Source: a virus
Reading direction: 5' to 3' (one strand)
Length of the DNA: 64,000 nucleotides
IMG/VR virus record: IMGVR_UViG_3300042460_000724
Span: 32,001 to 96,000 of that record
The notes beneath the pieces were generated by a model. It saw only the letters and a list, made by a program, of their open reading frames with translations. It was not told the origin of the DNA and did not search any database. Numbering within the stretch: the first letter of the stretch is position 1; each line of letters begins with the position of its first letter. The translations under genes were made by a program, and so were the position numbers. Below are positions 9,140 to 19,394 of the stretch, piece by piece.

Positions 9140-10240
9140 TTATATATTTGGCAAGTCATCATAGTTTAATGATTCACTCATTACACCTATAACGTAATTT
9201 GTTGATTCGGTTTCCTGCAATGCAGATTGTTTTTTACTTGTGTCACTATGTTTATTGAACCAAGGAATAGGTGTACTCTTTGGCGCAGGATTATTATATC
9301 GTATACCGATTTCTTTCAATGCTCCTACAGCAGTATAATCTACAAAGTCTTTTAACACAGTTGCATTCAATCCAATAACTGGTCCCAGTTTAAACAAATA
9401 GTCAGCCCAATCTTTTTCTTCTTTAATTACATCTAGGTAAAGTTGATATACTTCAGCTTCACATTCTGATTTTACTTGTGCAAATCTGCTATCTTCTTTT
9501 ACTACTTGATTAATAAGGTAAGCAGTCCAGCCTTTATGTAACAATTCATCTTGGAGAATTAAACTGATAATGTTACCATTACCAATAAAGATTTTGTTCT
9601 CAACCATTGCTAGACTTGTAGCAAATGATACCATAAAGCGGAATGCTTCTAATGCGTAACTAGCGTGTAATGCCATATAGATGGCTTTGATGTGTTCTTT
9701 TTCATTTACATCTATACCTAACTCTTTACGGCAATTAACTTGATGTAACTCATCATAATAAAGTCCAACACTACTTGCCATATCTACAATTTCTTTTGTG
9801 TCGTGGATAGTGTTGAATACATCTTTAGGCACATTGTAGATATTACGAATGATGTGACTATACGAACGACTATGGATGTTAGTCTCAAAGAAGCTCCAGT
9901 TATAGATCAATGCTTCTAGTTCGGGTAATGATACAACAGGAGTAAACACTTGACTTGGTGCTCGTCCTTGCAAACTATCTAATGCTGTTTGTCGTAATAG
10001 ATTACTAGTAAAGATATGCTTTACCGCATCGCTTGCATCTTTGAAATCATTGGCATCCTTGGTTAGAGAAATTTCTTCTGGAATCCAAAAGAAACCACGT
10101 GCCGTTGTTTCAAAGTCTGCAATCTTTTTATATTTCACCTCCTCAAACCTTTGAATGGTTACGGGACCTTCCGGGTCCAAAAACATTTTTCTATTCAAAT
10201 AATCTGTCTTAGTGTTTAGGTTGTATTGTTGTTTTGACAT
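9140..10240 (-). CDS. nrdB: Ribonucleotide reductase class Ia beta subunit
   Basis: 'FFWIPEE', 'QTALDSLQGR', 'ETNIHSRSY' (radical Tyr), 'DELLH'. Confidence 0.97.
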   Translation of the reverse strand: MSKQQYNLNTKTDYLNRKMFLDPEGPVTIQRFEEVKYKKIADFETTARGFFWIPEEISLTKDANDFKDASDAVKHIFTSNLLRQTALDSLQGRAPSQVFTPVVSLPELEALIYNWSFFETNIHSRSYSHIIRNIYNVPKDVFNTIHDTKEIVDMASSVGLYYDELHQVNCRKELGIDVNEKEHIKAIYMALHASYALEAFRFMVSFATSLAMVENKIFIGNGNIISLILQDELLHKGWTAYLINQVVKEDSRFAQVKSECEAEVYQLYLDVIKEEKDWADYLFKLGPVIGLNATVLKDFVDYTAVGALKEIGIRYNNPAPKSTPIPWFNKHSDTSKKQSALQETESTNYVIGVMSESLNYDDLPNI

Positions 10241-10249
10241 TGTTTTTCC

Positions 10250-12571
10250 TTAAAGCTTGCAGGACAAGCAATCTTCCTCTTCATCCATATCATTAAAGCC
10301 GCTTGGCAAATCTAATACAGTTTCATCTTGACTCTTACTACCTGCTTTGTTAATCAAGCTATAGTAGAATGTTTTTAATCCCCACATATGTGCCTGCATC
10401 AAGTTCTTAGCAATCAATGTTGTTGGGACTTTACGTTCAGGGAAATGTGCTGGATTGTAGAAAGTATTAGTTGATATACTTTGATCCACATAGGCTGCAA
10501 TCACAGCCGCTGTCTTTAAGTAACCATCACAATCTTTTTGATCCCACATCAATTGATATTTGTTTTTTAACTTATGATATTCTGGAACAACTTGTACAAA
10601 ACTTCCTGCTTTACTTTCTTTTACACTAATTAAACTCATTGGCATTTCAATACCATTAGTAGAGTTAATTACTACTGAACTAGATTCTACAGGAGCTACA
10701 GCCATTTGTGTAGCATTACGGACACCATGACTACGCATCATAGCACGTAGTCCTTCCCAGTTTAATTCGGGTTCAAAGTTAGCTAATTCGTTAACACCTT
10801 TAGCTCTTAGTTCCCAGGGGAAGATACCTTGACCATATCTTGTTTTATCACTATGTTCACATCTACCGCGTTCCTGTGCTAGTTCTACACTTGCTTCAGT
10901 TAAGTAGAAGGATAAGTGTTCCATCCACGTCTTGACTTCAGCCAAGGAGTCTTTTTCTCCGTACTTAAGACTTCGCTTGGCGTGCCAGTAGGCAAGATTA
11001 GTAATTCCAATTCCAAGAGGTCTGATTTCATCGTTTGATAGTTTAGACTGAATGGATAGAAAGTCTTGATAGTCAAGAATGTTATTGAGGCTACGATGCA
11101 ATATGCGACAAGCACGGCGCATATCTTCTGGGTTACGGAACGCACCCCAATTGATACTGCCCAATGTGCAAAGAGCGATACGACCATCGCTGTCATCCAA
11201 ACGTTTAAAGGATTTAGTAGGTAAAAGAATTTCACAGCATAAATTACTCTGGTAAATTGTATGATATTCAGGATCAAATGGACCTTGATTCATAACGTTA
11301 TCAACGAACACTAAGTAGATACGTCCTGTATCTGTTCGTTCTTTTAATATGCCTGACTTGAATACTTCTTCAGCAGACATTGTTTTCTTTCTTAAGTCTT
11401 TACGTTTTTCATATTTTACGTATAGTTCTTCAAATAGTTCTGTGTTTTTGTAAAATGCTTCGTATAAATCAGGAACTTCATTGGGGTCAAAGAATGTTAT
11501 TTGTTCTTTGTTTTTAAATCGTCTCCAGAAGAATGCACTAAGCACAACCCCATAATCCATATGACGGACTCGGGTTTCTTCTGTTCCTTGATTGTTTTTA
11601 AGGACAATAAGATCATCAAACTGATGATGCCAAATAGGATAAAAAACAGTAGCACTTGCATTGCGGATACCTCCTTGTGAGCAACTTCTTAAATCACCGA
11701 ACCATTTCTTTAAGAACGGAATCATGCCGGTGTGCATAATTTCGCCACCGCGAATGGGTGATCCTAATGGTCGTAGTCTACCAATTTCGAGACCAATGCC
11801 AGCACGTTTGCTAGCATATTTTGCCATCATTTCACCAGAAGCAAAAATACTATCCAAGTCATCATCACTGCGAATAAGTACACACGAACTGAATTGTTTA
11901 GTAGGGGTGCCGAGACCAGCAAGGACGGGAGTAGCCAGAGTAAATAATCCATCACTTGCGGCATTATAATATTCCTTTATATAGCGCAGCCTTGCGTTGT
12001 TAGGTTCTTCTTTATGAAATACTGTTGCGGCTGCGATCATATATCTAACTTGTGGTGTTTCATATGTTTGTTTTGTTGAACGGTTGCGGACAAGATATTT
12101 TTCAATCAATTGTTCAATAGCGGCATAACTATATTGTTCATCCTTAGAGTGGTCAAGCAGGTCATCCATTTTGTTCCAATCTTCTTCAGTATACCATTCT
12201 AGTAACTCCGGTGTATATAAACCAGTAGCTACATTAGTTGTTACAATATTATAAAGACTGGGAGGTGAATAATCCCCATAAACATCTTTACGTAACATAG
12301 ACAGACGTTGTTTACCTGCTACATATTGATAATTTGTATGTCCTACATCTGGATTATTTTCTACGTCAATCAAGTCAACTACAGCACGTAGAGTAATTTC
12401 GTCAATTTGTCTGGTTGAAATCCCATCATAGAAGTGTAGTTGTGATTTTATTTCTACCATTGACGGGCTAACATCTGCTATCCCTACACATATTTTTGCC
12501 ACTTGTGCTTGCCATTTTTCTAACATTAATGGCTCTTTTGTCCCATCTCGTTTGGTGACGTGTATTTTCAT
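10250..12571 (-). CDS. nrdA: Ribonucleotide reductase class Ia alpha subunit
   Basis: ATP cone 'VTKRDG', 'QFSSCVL', 'SNLCCEI', 'GLKTFYY', C-terminal CLSC; uninterrupted. Confidence 0.97.
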   Translation of the reverse strand: MKIHVTKRDGTKEPLMLEKWQAQVAKICVGIADVSPSMVEIKSQLHFYDGISTRQIDEITLRAVVDLIDVENNPDVGHTNYQYVAGKQRLSMLRKDVYGDYSPPSLYNIVTTNVATGLYTPELLEWYTEEDWNKMDDLLDHSKDEQYSYAAIEQLIEKYLVRNRSTKQTYETPQVRYMIAAATVFHKEEPNNARLRYIKEYYNAASDGLFTLATPVLAGLGTPTKQFSSCVLIRSDDDLDSIFASGEMMAKYASKRAGIGLEIGRLRPLGSPIRGGEIMHTGMIPFLKKWFGDLRSCSQGGIRNASATVFYPIWHHQFDDLIVLKNNQGTEETRVRHMDYGVVLSAFFWRRFKNKEQITFFDPNEVPDLYEAFYKNTELFEELYVKYEKRKDLRKKTMSAEEVFKSGILKERTDTGRIYLVFVDNVMNQGPFDPEYHTIYQSNLCCEILLPTKSFKRLDDSDGRIALCTLGSINWGAFRNPEDMRRACRILHRSLNNILDYQDFLSIQSKLSNDEIRPLGIGITNLAYWHAKRSLKYGEKDSLAEVKTWMEHLSFYLTEASVELAQERGRCEHSDKTRYGQGIFPWELRAKGVNELANFEPELNWEGLRAMMRSHGVRNATQMAVAPVESSSVVINSTNGIEMPMSLISVKESKAGSFVQVVPEYHKLKNKYQLMWDQKDCDGYLKTAAVIAAYVDQSISTNTFYNPAHFPERKVPTTLIAKNLMQAHMWGLKTFYYSLINKAGSKSQDETVLDLPSGFNDMDEEEDCLSCKL

Positions 12572-12574
12572 TTT

Positions 12575-13012
12575 TTACCCTATATTCTTATTAATTGTTG
12601 TTATATCTAACTTGCGTACTATTTTAAAATCTTTTAGATTATTACTTATCACCGTATCTGGCCAGTAATTCAGTATATATTTTGCGTTGTCAACCAAGAC
12701 TAATGATATGTCATCGCCCTGTACATCCGTTGCTAATACAAATTCTATATCAGAAATATCCATTAACAGTAGAGTATAACACATTCCTAGACCCCTTGCA
12801 AGTGTACAGTAGGTGTTTTCTACCAAAAGATCCCAAGGACCGGGCCACTCACTGACTTCATTTGGGTGAAGATGATAGTTAATTAATGGTGCATTTTGCC
12901 ACCATTTATCTACTTCTACACATTGTTGAGATAAATCAAGATTTTTGATTTTATTGCGTAATTTGTACCAGCTTTGTAATCTATTGTCATAAGACGATTG
13001 AAATATATTCAT
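12575..13012 (-). CDS. Hypothetical phage protein
   Basis: 145-aa Trp-rich ORF; ATAAGTA promoter variant upstream. Confidence 0.65.
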   Translation of the reverse strand: MNIFQSSYDNRLQSWYKLRNKIKNLDLSQQCVEVDKWWQNAPLINYHLHPNEVSEWPGPWDLLVENTYCTLARGLGMCYTLLLMDISDIEFVLATDVQGDDISLVLVDNAKYILNYWPDTVISNNLKDFKIVRKLDITTINKNIG

Positions 13013-13023
13013 TAGATAACTAC

Positions 13024-13800
13024 TTATCTTTTTTCAATATTAGCTAACGTTTTCCTTGTTTTAGTCATATCAGCACACGTATACTTCTGATAACTAGCTT
13101 TCAATATCTCCGGCATAGGAATCTCTACTACTTTTACATTAAATGTGTTTGCTACATCTAAAAAGCTAATAGGTTTCCCACTACCTATATTAAATATACC
13201 TGATTCTTTAATATTTAAAAACTGTAAATGCGTATCTATCACTTCTTCTACCGGTACAAAATCTCTTTTATGATCTGCACTATTCTCAAATACACGTATT
13301 TCACCTGTTTTTGATTGTTCATAAAACTGAAAGAATGGACTTGCTTGCTTATCTTTGTGTTCTTCGCCTACACCATTAGATGCGTATACATTGAAATATC
13401 TAAATCCTTGTACTATACTGCCTGTAGGATGTTTCTCTACATATCTTTCAAACAAATACTTGCTCCAAGCGTATGGATTTCTTGGATCTACAGGTGCTGT
13501 TTCACTAAAATCAGTCCCTAATCCATACACGCTTGCACTACTAGAATATTGCATATTAACTCCAAACGTCTTACATTCTTCATATAAGTCTATGCTAAAC
13601 TCTGTATTCTGTCTAAGTATCTTATCTATATCACGCTCAGTGGTGCTACTGATTCCTCCCATATGAATGACCCATTCGAATTCCATTACGCTAGGTCTAA
13701 TTCCATCTGACCATTCAAATGTCGTAACATCGTGTTCTTTTAGTGCTTTAAGCATATAACTGCCAATAAAGCCGTTGTGTCCAGTTAATAGTATTTTCAT
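13024..13800 (-). CDS. gmhD: ADP-L-glycero-D-manno-heptose-6-epimerase-like SDR
   Basis: TGxxGFIG, 'HMGGISSTTE', 'SSSASVYG', YAWSK, 'FRYFNVY...EEHK', 'YQKYTCAD'. Confidence 0.85.
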   Translation of the reverse strand: MKILLTGHNGFIGSYMLKALKEHDVTTFEWSDGIRPSVMEFEWVIHMGGISSTTERDIDKILRQNTEFSIDLYEECKTFGVNMQYSSSASVYGLGTDFSETAPVDPRNPYAWSKYLFERYVEKHPTGSIVQGFRYFNVYASNGVGEEHKDKQASPFFQFYEQSKTGEIRVFENSADHKRDFVPVEEVIDTHLQFLNIKESGIFNIGSGKPISFLDVANTFNVKVVEIPMPEILKASYQKYTCADMTKTRKTLANIEKR

Positions 13801-14090
13801 CTAAAATATGTACCTACATTAAAAGCTTTATCATCTATCCACATATCATATGCAGGTTTACCTACCTCAGCCGTAGTATACTTAACACCCCAATCATTCA
13901 ATTGTTTAAGTGTAAGTTCAAGCCAATTCTTACCTGTATTACTGCCACGTGCTGTCCAATAATGTATCTCGTTGCCTGCGTCATATAACTTATTAAAATG
14001 TTCTATACGTGATAGATACGGTTCTGCGTTTGCATAATCTCCATTAGTTGTAGTACAAATAGTACCATCAATATCTACTATAATTTTCAT
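13797..14090 (-). CDS. Short HAD-family phosphatase
   Basis: DIDGT, 'WTARG', 'GKP...IDDKA'. Confidence 0.8.
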   Translation of the reverse strand: MKIIVDIDGTICTTTNGDYANAEPYLSRIEHFNKLYDAGNEIHYWTARGSNTGKNWLELTLKQLNDWGVKYTTAEVGKPAYDMWIDDKAFNVGTYFR

Positions 14091-14443
14091 TTCTGACTGT
14101 CTCCCGGTAATACTCTATAGTTATCTTCTACACTATCAGGTGTACTAACTTCAATAATAGTACCTTCTTCTAAGCATATAACCTGATGAGGTTGAAGTGG
14201 TCTATTGCGCCATACTTCACCCTCTTTTAATGTAACATCGTGTAAGCTAGCATCTTGCGTTTCAATGAATTTAATCATAAATAATCCACTTAATATATAC
14301 CAACTTTCATCCTTTTCAGCGTGAAAATGCATACTGAATTTTGCACCCTTATTGAATTTCAATAACTTGCCGCAATACTTATCAGTAGTAGCCCATATCA
14401 ATTCGTGGCCCCAACCTTTTTCTACAAATCCTTCAAGTCGCAT
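14087..14443 (-). CDS. Cupin sugar isomerase-like protein
   Basis: 'KGWGHE', 'SMHFHAEKDE', 'PH', 'EVSTPDSVEDNYR'. Confidence 0.8.
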   Translation of the reverse strand: MRLEGFVEKGWGHELIWATTDKYCGKLLKFNKGAKFSMHFHAEKDESWYILSGLFMIKFIETQDASLHDVTLKEGEVWRNRPLQPHQVICLEEGTIIEVSTPDSVEDNYRVLPGDSQK

Positions 14444-15188
14444 TTATTTCCTCCAATGTAGGTGCGTATACACCAACGTGTTGCACTGTAATAGAACTAG
14501 CTCTGATGGCAAACTCTATTGCTTGTTCCATATCGTCTGCTACTAAGTAGCCATATGTTAACGCTGATAAGAAGGTGTCCCCCGCTCCACAAACATCAAA
14601 CACATCTACTTTAGGTACACTAAATGTTTTATTATTATATGATACCCCGCTACTACCACGTGTTAATACCATATTAGAACAATCACTAATTCTACTAGAA
14701 TATTCTGTTTCGTTAATCTTTACAATGCAACCTTCAAATAGTTTTAAATCACGTTTCTTGGTATCAACAAAGATAGGACCTTCATACTGTTGTCTAATAC
14801 CCTTAATAAAATCTTCTGTGACAAATCCTTTAGCATAATCAGATATAACTACAGCATCACTACCTTCTAGAAATTTCATTACATAATCTAAATTGCAGGG
14901 ATTAGACTTTACATCATCATCTATACGCATTAAATGTTGCTTAGACTTTGCATCTATTAAACGTTTCTTTTTAGATGGGTCTCCCAAGAATGAGGTGACA
15001 TTTAGTCCCAATGCTAATAGATTTTCTTTAACATTACTTCCCATACCTGATTTAGTTTCAGTGTGTTTAGGAACAAAAACAGGTACAGGAGCTTCAGGGC
15101 TCATTCTATCTACTGTACCATATTGATATTCATCAATGCAGGTGTCGCCTATTAATATAATTTTCAATTGTCTTTGTGGTTGATTCAT
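14433..15188 (-). CDS. hldA: Heptose-7-phosphate kinase (RfaE/HldE domain I, PfkB)
   Basis: 'GDTCIDEY', 'RMSPEAPVP', 'ISDYAKG', 'DVCGAGDTF'. Confidence 0.88.
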   Translation of the reverse strand: MNQPQRQLKIILIGDTCIDEYQYGTVDRMSPEAPVPVFVPKHTETKSGMGSNVKENLLALGLNVTSFLGDPSKKKRLIDAKSKQHLMRIDDDVKSNPCNLDYVMKFLEGSDAVVISDYAKGFVTEDFIKGIRQQYEGPIFVDTKKRDLKLFEGCIVKINETEYSSRISDCSNMVLTRGSSGVSYNNKTFSVPKVDVFDVCGAGDTFLSALTYGYLVADDMEQAIEFAIRASSITVQHVGVYAPTLEEINAT

Positions 15189-15540
15189 CTATTACCCTAT
15201 CAAAGAATACTAATTCCTCAGCATACTCCGAACCTATTACTTTTTTATTCTTCCAATCACTTCCGACTATCATAATGTTCGGCTTGTATTGTTCAATGAT
15301 ACTCTCTAACTCAAAATCAGTATTGAATACTAATACCTTATCTACTGCTTTTAAATTACTGAGTAATGCTACCCTATTATCTATTTTGTTGAATGGTCTA
15401 TCACTACCTTTTTTCTCGGTTACACGATTATCAGAATCAATTGCAACCAATAGATATGTGCCTAAACTCTTTGCATAGTTTAATAAGTCTAAATGACCCA
15501 TATGTAATATATCAAACGTTCCATTAACAAAAACTTTCAT
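15133..15540 (-). CDS. hldC: Heptose-1-phosphate nucleotidyltransferase (RfaE/HldE domain II)
   Basis: 'NGTFDILHMGH', 'KGSDRP', 'GSDW', C-terminal STT. Confidence 0.85.
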   Translation of the reverse strand: MKVFVNGTFDILHMGHLDLLNYAKSLGTYLLVAIDSDNRVTEKKGSDRPFNKIDNRVALLSNLKAVDKVLVFNTDFELESIIEQYKPNIMIVGSDWKNKKVIGSEYAEELVFFDRVIDESTTKTIENYINRRHLH

Positions 15541-15570
15541 ACACTATTCTAACATAACCTGTAGTAAATA

Positions 15571-16575
15571 TCAAGCTTTTTGTTCCAAAAATTGATGGGC
15601 AGTTTCTAATGATGAACTAATAGCCATATGCATATCAATATACACATACATTCCACAACGTCCAATAAACGTATTTTTTGTATTTTCGATAGCTTTATAC
15701 TTCTTATATAACTCTCTATATGTATCAATTGGATAATAACGTTCATTATTATTGTCTTTATAATCACAAGGTTCTTCAAATGTTAATGTTGTATTACCCG
15801 TATTAATATTATTGGGTAGTTTATTCCATTCAGTCATTCTGGTAAACGAACCATTATCAGTAAAATTAACTACGGTAGTAGGTAACATACTGGGTGAGGG
15901 AAACGTTATTGAATGAAATTTAATAGACCTATATGGTAATTCCCCGTATATGAAATCATAATATACATCTATGGGCATAGAATTAAAGATATGATCATAA
16001 TTATCTTCCATACTCTTATCAAACATCGTATTCAACTTAACGGTAATGTTTGGATGATTTAATATATTAGTGAATAATGTCGTATATCCGTGTGTCGGTA
16101 GATATTGATATTCATCTCTAAAATATCTACTGTCGTCATTATCTCTAGTACTAACTCGATTTAATACGTCTTTGCTTAGTGTTTTATAATGTTCTCCCCA
16201 CATCTTTTTACTGTAGGGTTCAAAAAATGTATTGTTTATATCTTCTTTTTTTACTGTTTCTAATGTGATTGTGTTAACCGGAAACGGTACATATTTGCCA
16301 CTTTCCAGTAACGCCAACACGTGATGTTCATAGAATGTCCACTCGGTAAATTTACTAACCCAATCAAATACTTTTTTGTTACTAGTATGAAAGATATGCG
16401 GTCCATATTTATGAATGCGTAATCCGTGTTCATTGATATAGTCATATGCATTACCACCAATATGGTCTCTATTATCAATAACTATTACGTTGTAATTGTT
16501 TTCTGCAAGTTCTCTCGCTACTACACTACCAGCAAAGCCTGCCCCTACTATTAAGATATTTTGTTTTGTTCCCAT
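15571..16575 (-). CDS. glf: UDP-galactopyranose mutase
   Basis: GAGFAG, 'HIGGNAYD', 'HKYGPHIFH', 'LPYRS', 'RYYP', 'GRCGMYVYIDM'. Confidence 0.93.
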   Translation of the reverse strand: MGTKQNILIVGAGFAGSVVARELAENNYNVIVIDNRDHIGGNAYDYINEHGLRIHKYGPHIFHTSNKKVFDWVSKFTEWTFYEHHVLALLESGKYVPFPVNTITLETVKKEDINNTFFEPYSKKMWGEHYKTLSKDVLNRVSTRDNDDSRYFRDEYQYLPTHGYTTLFTNILNHPNITVKLNTMFDKSMEDNYDHIFNSMPIDVYYDFIYGELPYRSIKFHSITFPSPSMLPTTVVNFTDNGSFTRMTEWNKLPNNINTGNTTLTFEEPCDYKDNNNERYYPIDTYRELYKKYKAIENTKNTFIGRCGMYVYIDMHMAISSSLETAHQFLEQKA

Positions 16576-17351
16576 AATTCTTCCAAATCTTTTACATAAA
16601 AAGATATATCTTTAGCTTCCCCTAAATGAATAGCTAAAGTTTTCATAGGCATCATCATCCTAACTTCAGGTTGTTGCCATACTTTACTTATTGTGTTACC
16701 TTCCCAATAGCCTTCTATTGTGCCGATATCCAATAAACTATAAAATTCTTCTTTATATTTTTTAAATAAATTTACTGGTATTAAAAATGATTCGTGTGTA
16801 AACCAAGTATTTCTATAATATCTATCTGGTCCTGGTATAACCATACAGGGATAAACATATGTTCCGTTGAAGGGATTCTGTGGATGATAGTATAGTTGAT
16901 TAAAATCTTGAGGAAAAATACATATAGTTAACTCAGGACTAATAGATTCTAAATAGTTTCTTGCATCTATCATTGTAGCAATACTATTTGGATAATGCAA
17001 ATAGTCATCTTCTACTAGATAAACAAGTTCATCGTCCGGTAACTGACTAATGTAGTCTAATGCAATCTTTAAACTATATCTAGATTTTTGTTTAATATCT
17101 TTAAATTCAATTGTTGGATCAACTACTACATCTTGTATTGTAGCATTAGCAAAATGGTTATGTAAGAACTGTTTAGTCTCAATGGAAGAATCATCATCAA
17201 TTACGTGTAAACTAAAAGGGTTATTATAATTAGTTAATGACGTTACTAGTGAGTTATAACATCTTTTTACACATTCGTCTTTTGGCACAATGCGATTACT
17301 TGCCAATGAGGCTTTATCACAGGTCCTTAATACCACATTTAGTTTTTGCAT
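16551..17351 (-). CDS. GT-A fold glycosyltransferase
   Basis: 'VIDDDSS' and 'YLVEDDYLH'; ATG 17351 coupled by TAATG to upstream mini-ORF. Confidence 0.7.
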   Translation of the reverse strand: MQKLNVVLRTCDKASLASNRIVPKDECVKRCYNSLVTSLTNYNNPFSLHVIDDDSSIETKQFLHNHFANATIQDVVVDPTIEFKDIKQKSRYSLKIALDYISQLPDDELVYLVEDDYLHYPNSIATMIDARNYLESISPELTICIFPQDFNQLYYHPQNPFNGTYVYPCMVIPGPDRYYRNTWFTHESFLIPVNLFKKYKEEFYSLLDIGTIEGYWEGNTISKVWQQPEVRMMMPMKTLAIHLGEAKDISFYVKDLEELWEQNKIS

Positions 17352-17437
17352 TACTTCAAGCCTAAACTCTTGCAAATATGTGCTAGATGGATTTTGTCCG
17401 AGCTCGGTAAGCCCGTAATAAGAATACGTGGTGTCAT
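17351..17437 (-). pseudogene. 28-aa remnant of a P-loop (adenylylsulfate-kinase-like) gene
   Basis: MTPRILITGLPSSDKIHLAHICKSLGLK*: beta strand plus degenerate Walker A; CAGGAAA RBS and TATAAATA upstream. Confidence 0.55.
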
Positions 17438-17453
17438 ACTATTTCCTGTAAAA

Positions 17454-17461
17454 TATTTATA
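17454..17461 (-). promoter_or_regulatory. Late promoter TATAAATA heading GT/glf/heptose operon
   Basis: Exact consensus in intergenic gap. Confidence 0.7.
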
Positions 17462-17485
17462 ATAGAGACAGTATAACCATTTATT

Positions 17486-17905
17486 TTACATCAAAGCGTC
17501 TACTTCTTCATGTGTCGTAGCGGCTTCAATTTGAGCTATTTTTGCTAATAATGTTTCTTTGGCAGCACTAACCAAACTAGTATCAAATTCTTCTGCAGGA
17601 TTAGCACTCAGTTGTAGTTGTATTTGTTGGTAAACAACCTGCTGAAATAATCCATTAGCTTGTCCGATTAACGAACCTTTGCGTTCATCTATTTCTAAAT
17701 CACGTTTACCCCAAATAATTTCAACTGGACTTTTACTAAGATCAAATGTGTGTGTGGTCATTATTTCACGATTTTGTATTAGATCAGGGATTATTTCAAC
17801 TGCTTCATTCCAACCATCTTGACCTGCAGGTGGTGCGGAGTCCCAGCAGTCTGTTACTGAATTATCTATTACCCTTACCCAATATCCTGTTTTAATTGTA
17901 CTCAT
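17486..17905 (-). CDS. Hypothetical, tail fibre chaperone-like
   Basis: C-terminal 'QIEAATTHEEVDALM' resembles fibre-assembly chaperone ends. Confidence 0.45.
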   Translation of the reverse strand: MSTIKTGYWVRVIDNSVTDCWDSAPPAGQDGWNEAVEIIPDLIQNREIMTTHTFDLSKSPVEIIWGKRDLEIDERKGSLIGQANGLFQQVVYQQIQLQLSANPAEEFDTSLVSAAKETLLAKIAQIEAATTHEEVDALM

Positions 17906-17925
17906 TTTAAATGTTCCTTATATTA

Positions 17926-17933
17926 TATTTATA
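17926..17933 (-). promoter_or_regulatory. Late promoter TATAAATA
   Basis: Exact consensus in intergenic gap. Confidence 0.65.
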
Positions 17934-17967
17934 TTAACTTTTCTTGTTTTTTTGTATAACTAAAATA

Positions 17968-18792
17968 TCAGTTAGGTGGATTTTTTCCTAAAGTTTCTAA
18001 TAATTTTGATTTCAATAATATGTCTAATGGTACATTCTGATAGATGTAAGTTAATATGCCGCGTACCTGTGTATATCTTTCATCTTTGTGAGTGTGATTG
18101 ATAAACACTATCCCGCAAGTAACATAGTTTTCTAAATCTTCTATTTTATAATAATGCGCCAACAAGTACCATAAAGTCCAACAGTTAGTTGGATTGCTTT
18201 CAAACTCATCTTTTAACATTTTTATATACAATTCAGGGCGAGATTGTTTTTTAAAATCTTGGTCATGTATTAGATAGATATTTTCATTATATATTTCAAC
18301 TTCATATCTATCTTTGTGCTTAAACCAAAGATGTTCATAGATAGGTTGTGCCCAAGTATAATCGTGTCTACGATGTATTTTGTTTGTACCTAAAAAGTTA
18401 GGAGGACCTACTCTAACATTTTCTGTATATAAATCTAATCTATCACACGATATGTTAGTAACAGTAGGATTAGCTTCCATTGTGTTTTTCATTTCAGCTA
18501 ACACATTGATACTGAAATATTCATCTAGATCCGGACTTAAACACCAATCTACGTCAGTAGGAATCATATCTAAGTTGTAGTTACGTGCTACATTAAATAT
18601 CCATGGGGTGAATATCTTTTGCTCAATAATCAGATTAGGATCGACCTTTGCAGCCTCTTGAAACATTTCCCAAGTCCCGTCAGTTGAACCGGTATCAAGT
18701 ATCACTCTATATGTAAATTTTTTGGTATAGTATAACCACTTCTCTACGTATTGAAGTTCATTTTTACAGATTGTATATGCTGCCGTTTTCAT
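17968..18792 (-). CDS. GT2-family glycosyltransferase with helical/TPR-like tail
   Basis: 'ICKNE', 'LDTGSTDGT', 'FNVARN', 'DLDE', 'IYEHL'. Confidence 0.85.
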   Translation of the reverse strand: MKTAAYTICKNELQYVEKWLYYTKKFTYRVILDTGSTDGTWEMFQEAAKVDPNLIIEQKIFTPWIFNVARNYNLDMIPTDVDWCLSPDLDEYFSINVLAEMKNTMEANPTVTNISCDRLDLYTENVRVGPPNFLGTNKIHRRHDYTWAQPIYEHLWFKHKDRYEVEIYNENIYLIHDQDFKKQSRPELYIKMLKDEFESNPTNCWTLWYLLAHYYKIEDLENYVTCGIVFINHTHKDERYTQVRGILTYIYQNVPLDILLKSKLLETLGKNPPN

Positions 18793-19394
18793 TCTTGTGT
18801 CTTAATAAATGATGTCTGTGATCCGTCTGGAATATTCAATATGTTTAACTTATGCCAATTGCATTGTATAAACATCTCCACTGCCATTCGCACACTCATC
18901 TGTGCTGATTGTGTGCCATTTTTGTCGGTATAACGCCAAGTAGTGGTATCGTCACATAAAATAACTCCACCTACACGTAGTATTTTCCAAGCTAATACCA
19001 AGTCTGTTAATACTTCGCTTGCTTTGTGATCTCCGTCAATATATATAAACTCTGCGTTGACGTTGTTATTAATCAAATCAATTAGTCCATCTGTACTATG
19101 TTTTTGTATATAAGTTACATTGTTATTTTTATTGAACCCAAGATTATCTAAGAAGTTTTGTTTTACAATATTAAAATCCTCGCTCATATCATTACTACCA
19201 ATATGCGGGTCTATTGCATATATTTTCAGGTTAGGATTATACGGTGTAAGTTGGTCACTCATCCAAAATGTTGTAGAGCCTTCAAACACACCAATTTCTA
19301 CAATTGTATTTGGTACTCCGTATGTGTTTACTAAGTGACCAACATTAGTCATTGCACCCTTACCACAATTAAAATCCATGCTAAATTTGTACAT
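18789..19394 (-). CDS. SAM-dependent methyltransferase (Methyltransf_24-like)
   Basis: 'VEIGVFEGST', 'IYIDGDH', 'LRVGGVILCDD'. Confidence 0.85.
   Translation of the reverse strand: MYKFSMDFNCGKGAMTNVGHLVNTYGVPNTIVEIGVFEGSTTFWMSDQLTPYNPNLKIYAIDPHIGSNDMSEDFNIVKQNFLDNLGFNKNNNVTYIQKHSTDGLIDLINNNVNAEFIYIDGDHKASEVLTDLVLAWKILRVGGVILCDDTTTWRYTDKNGTQSAQMSVRMAVEMFIQCNWHKLNILNIPDGSQTSFIKTQE

Noticed and set aside
9140-12571. Introns or inteins in nrdA/nrdB
   Set aside because: Both are continuous and of normal length.
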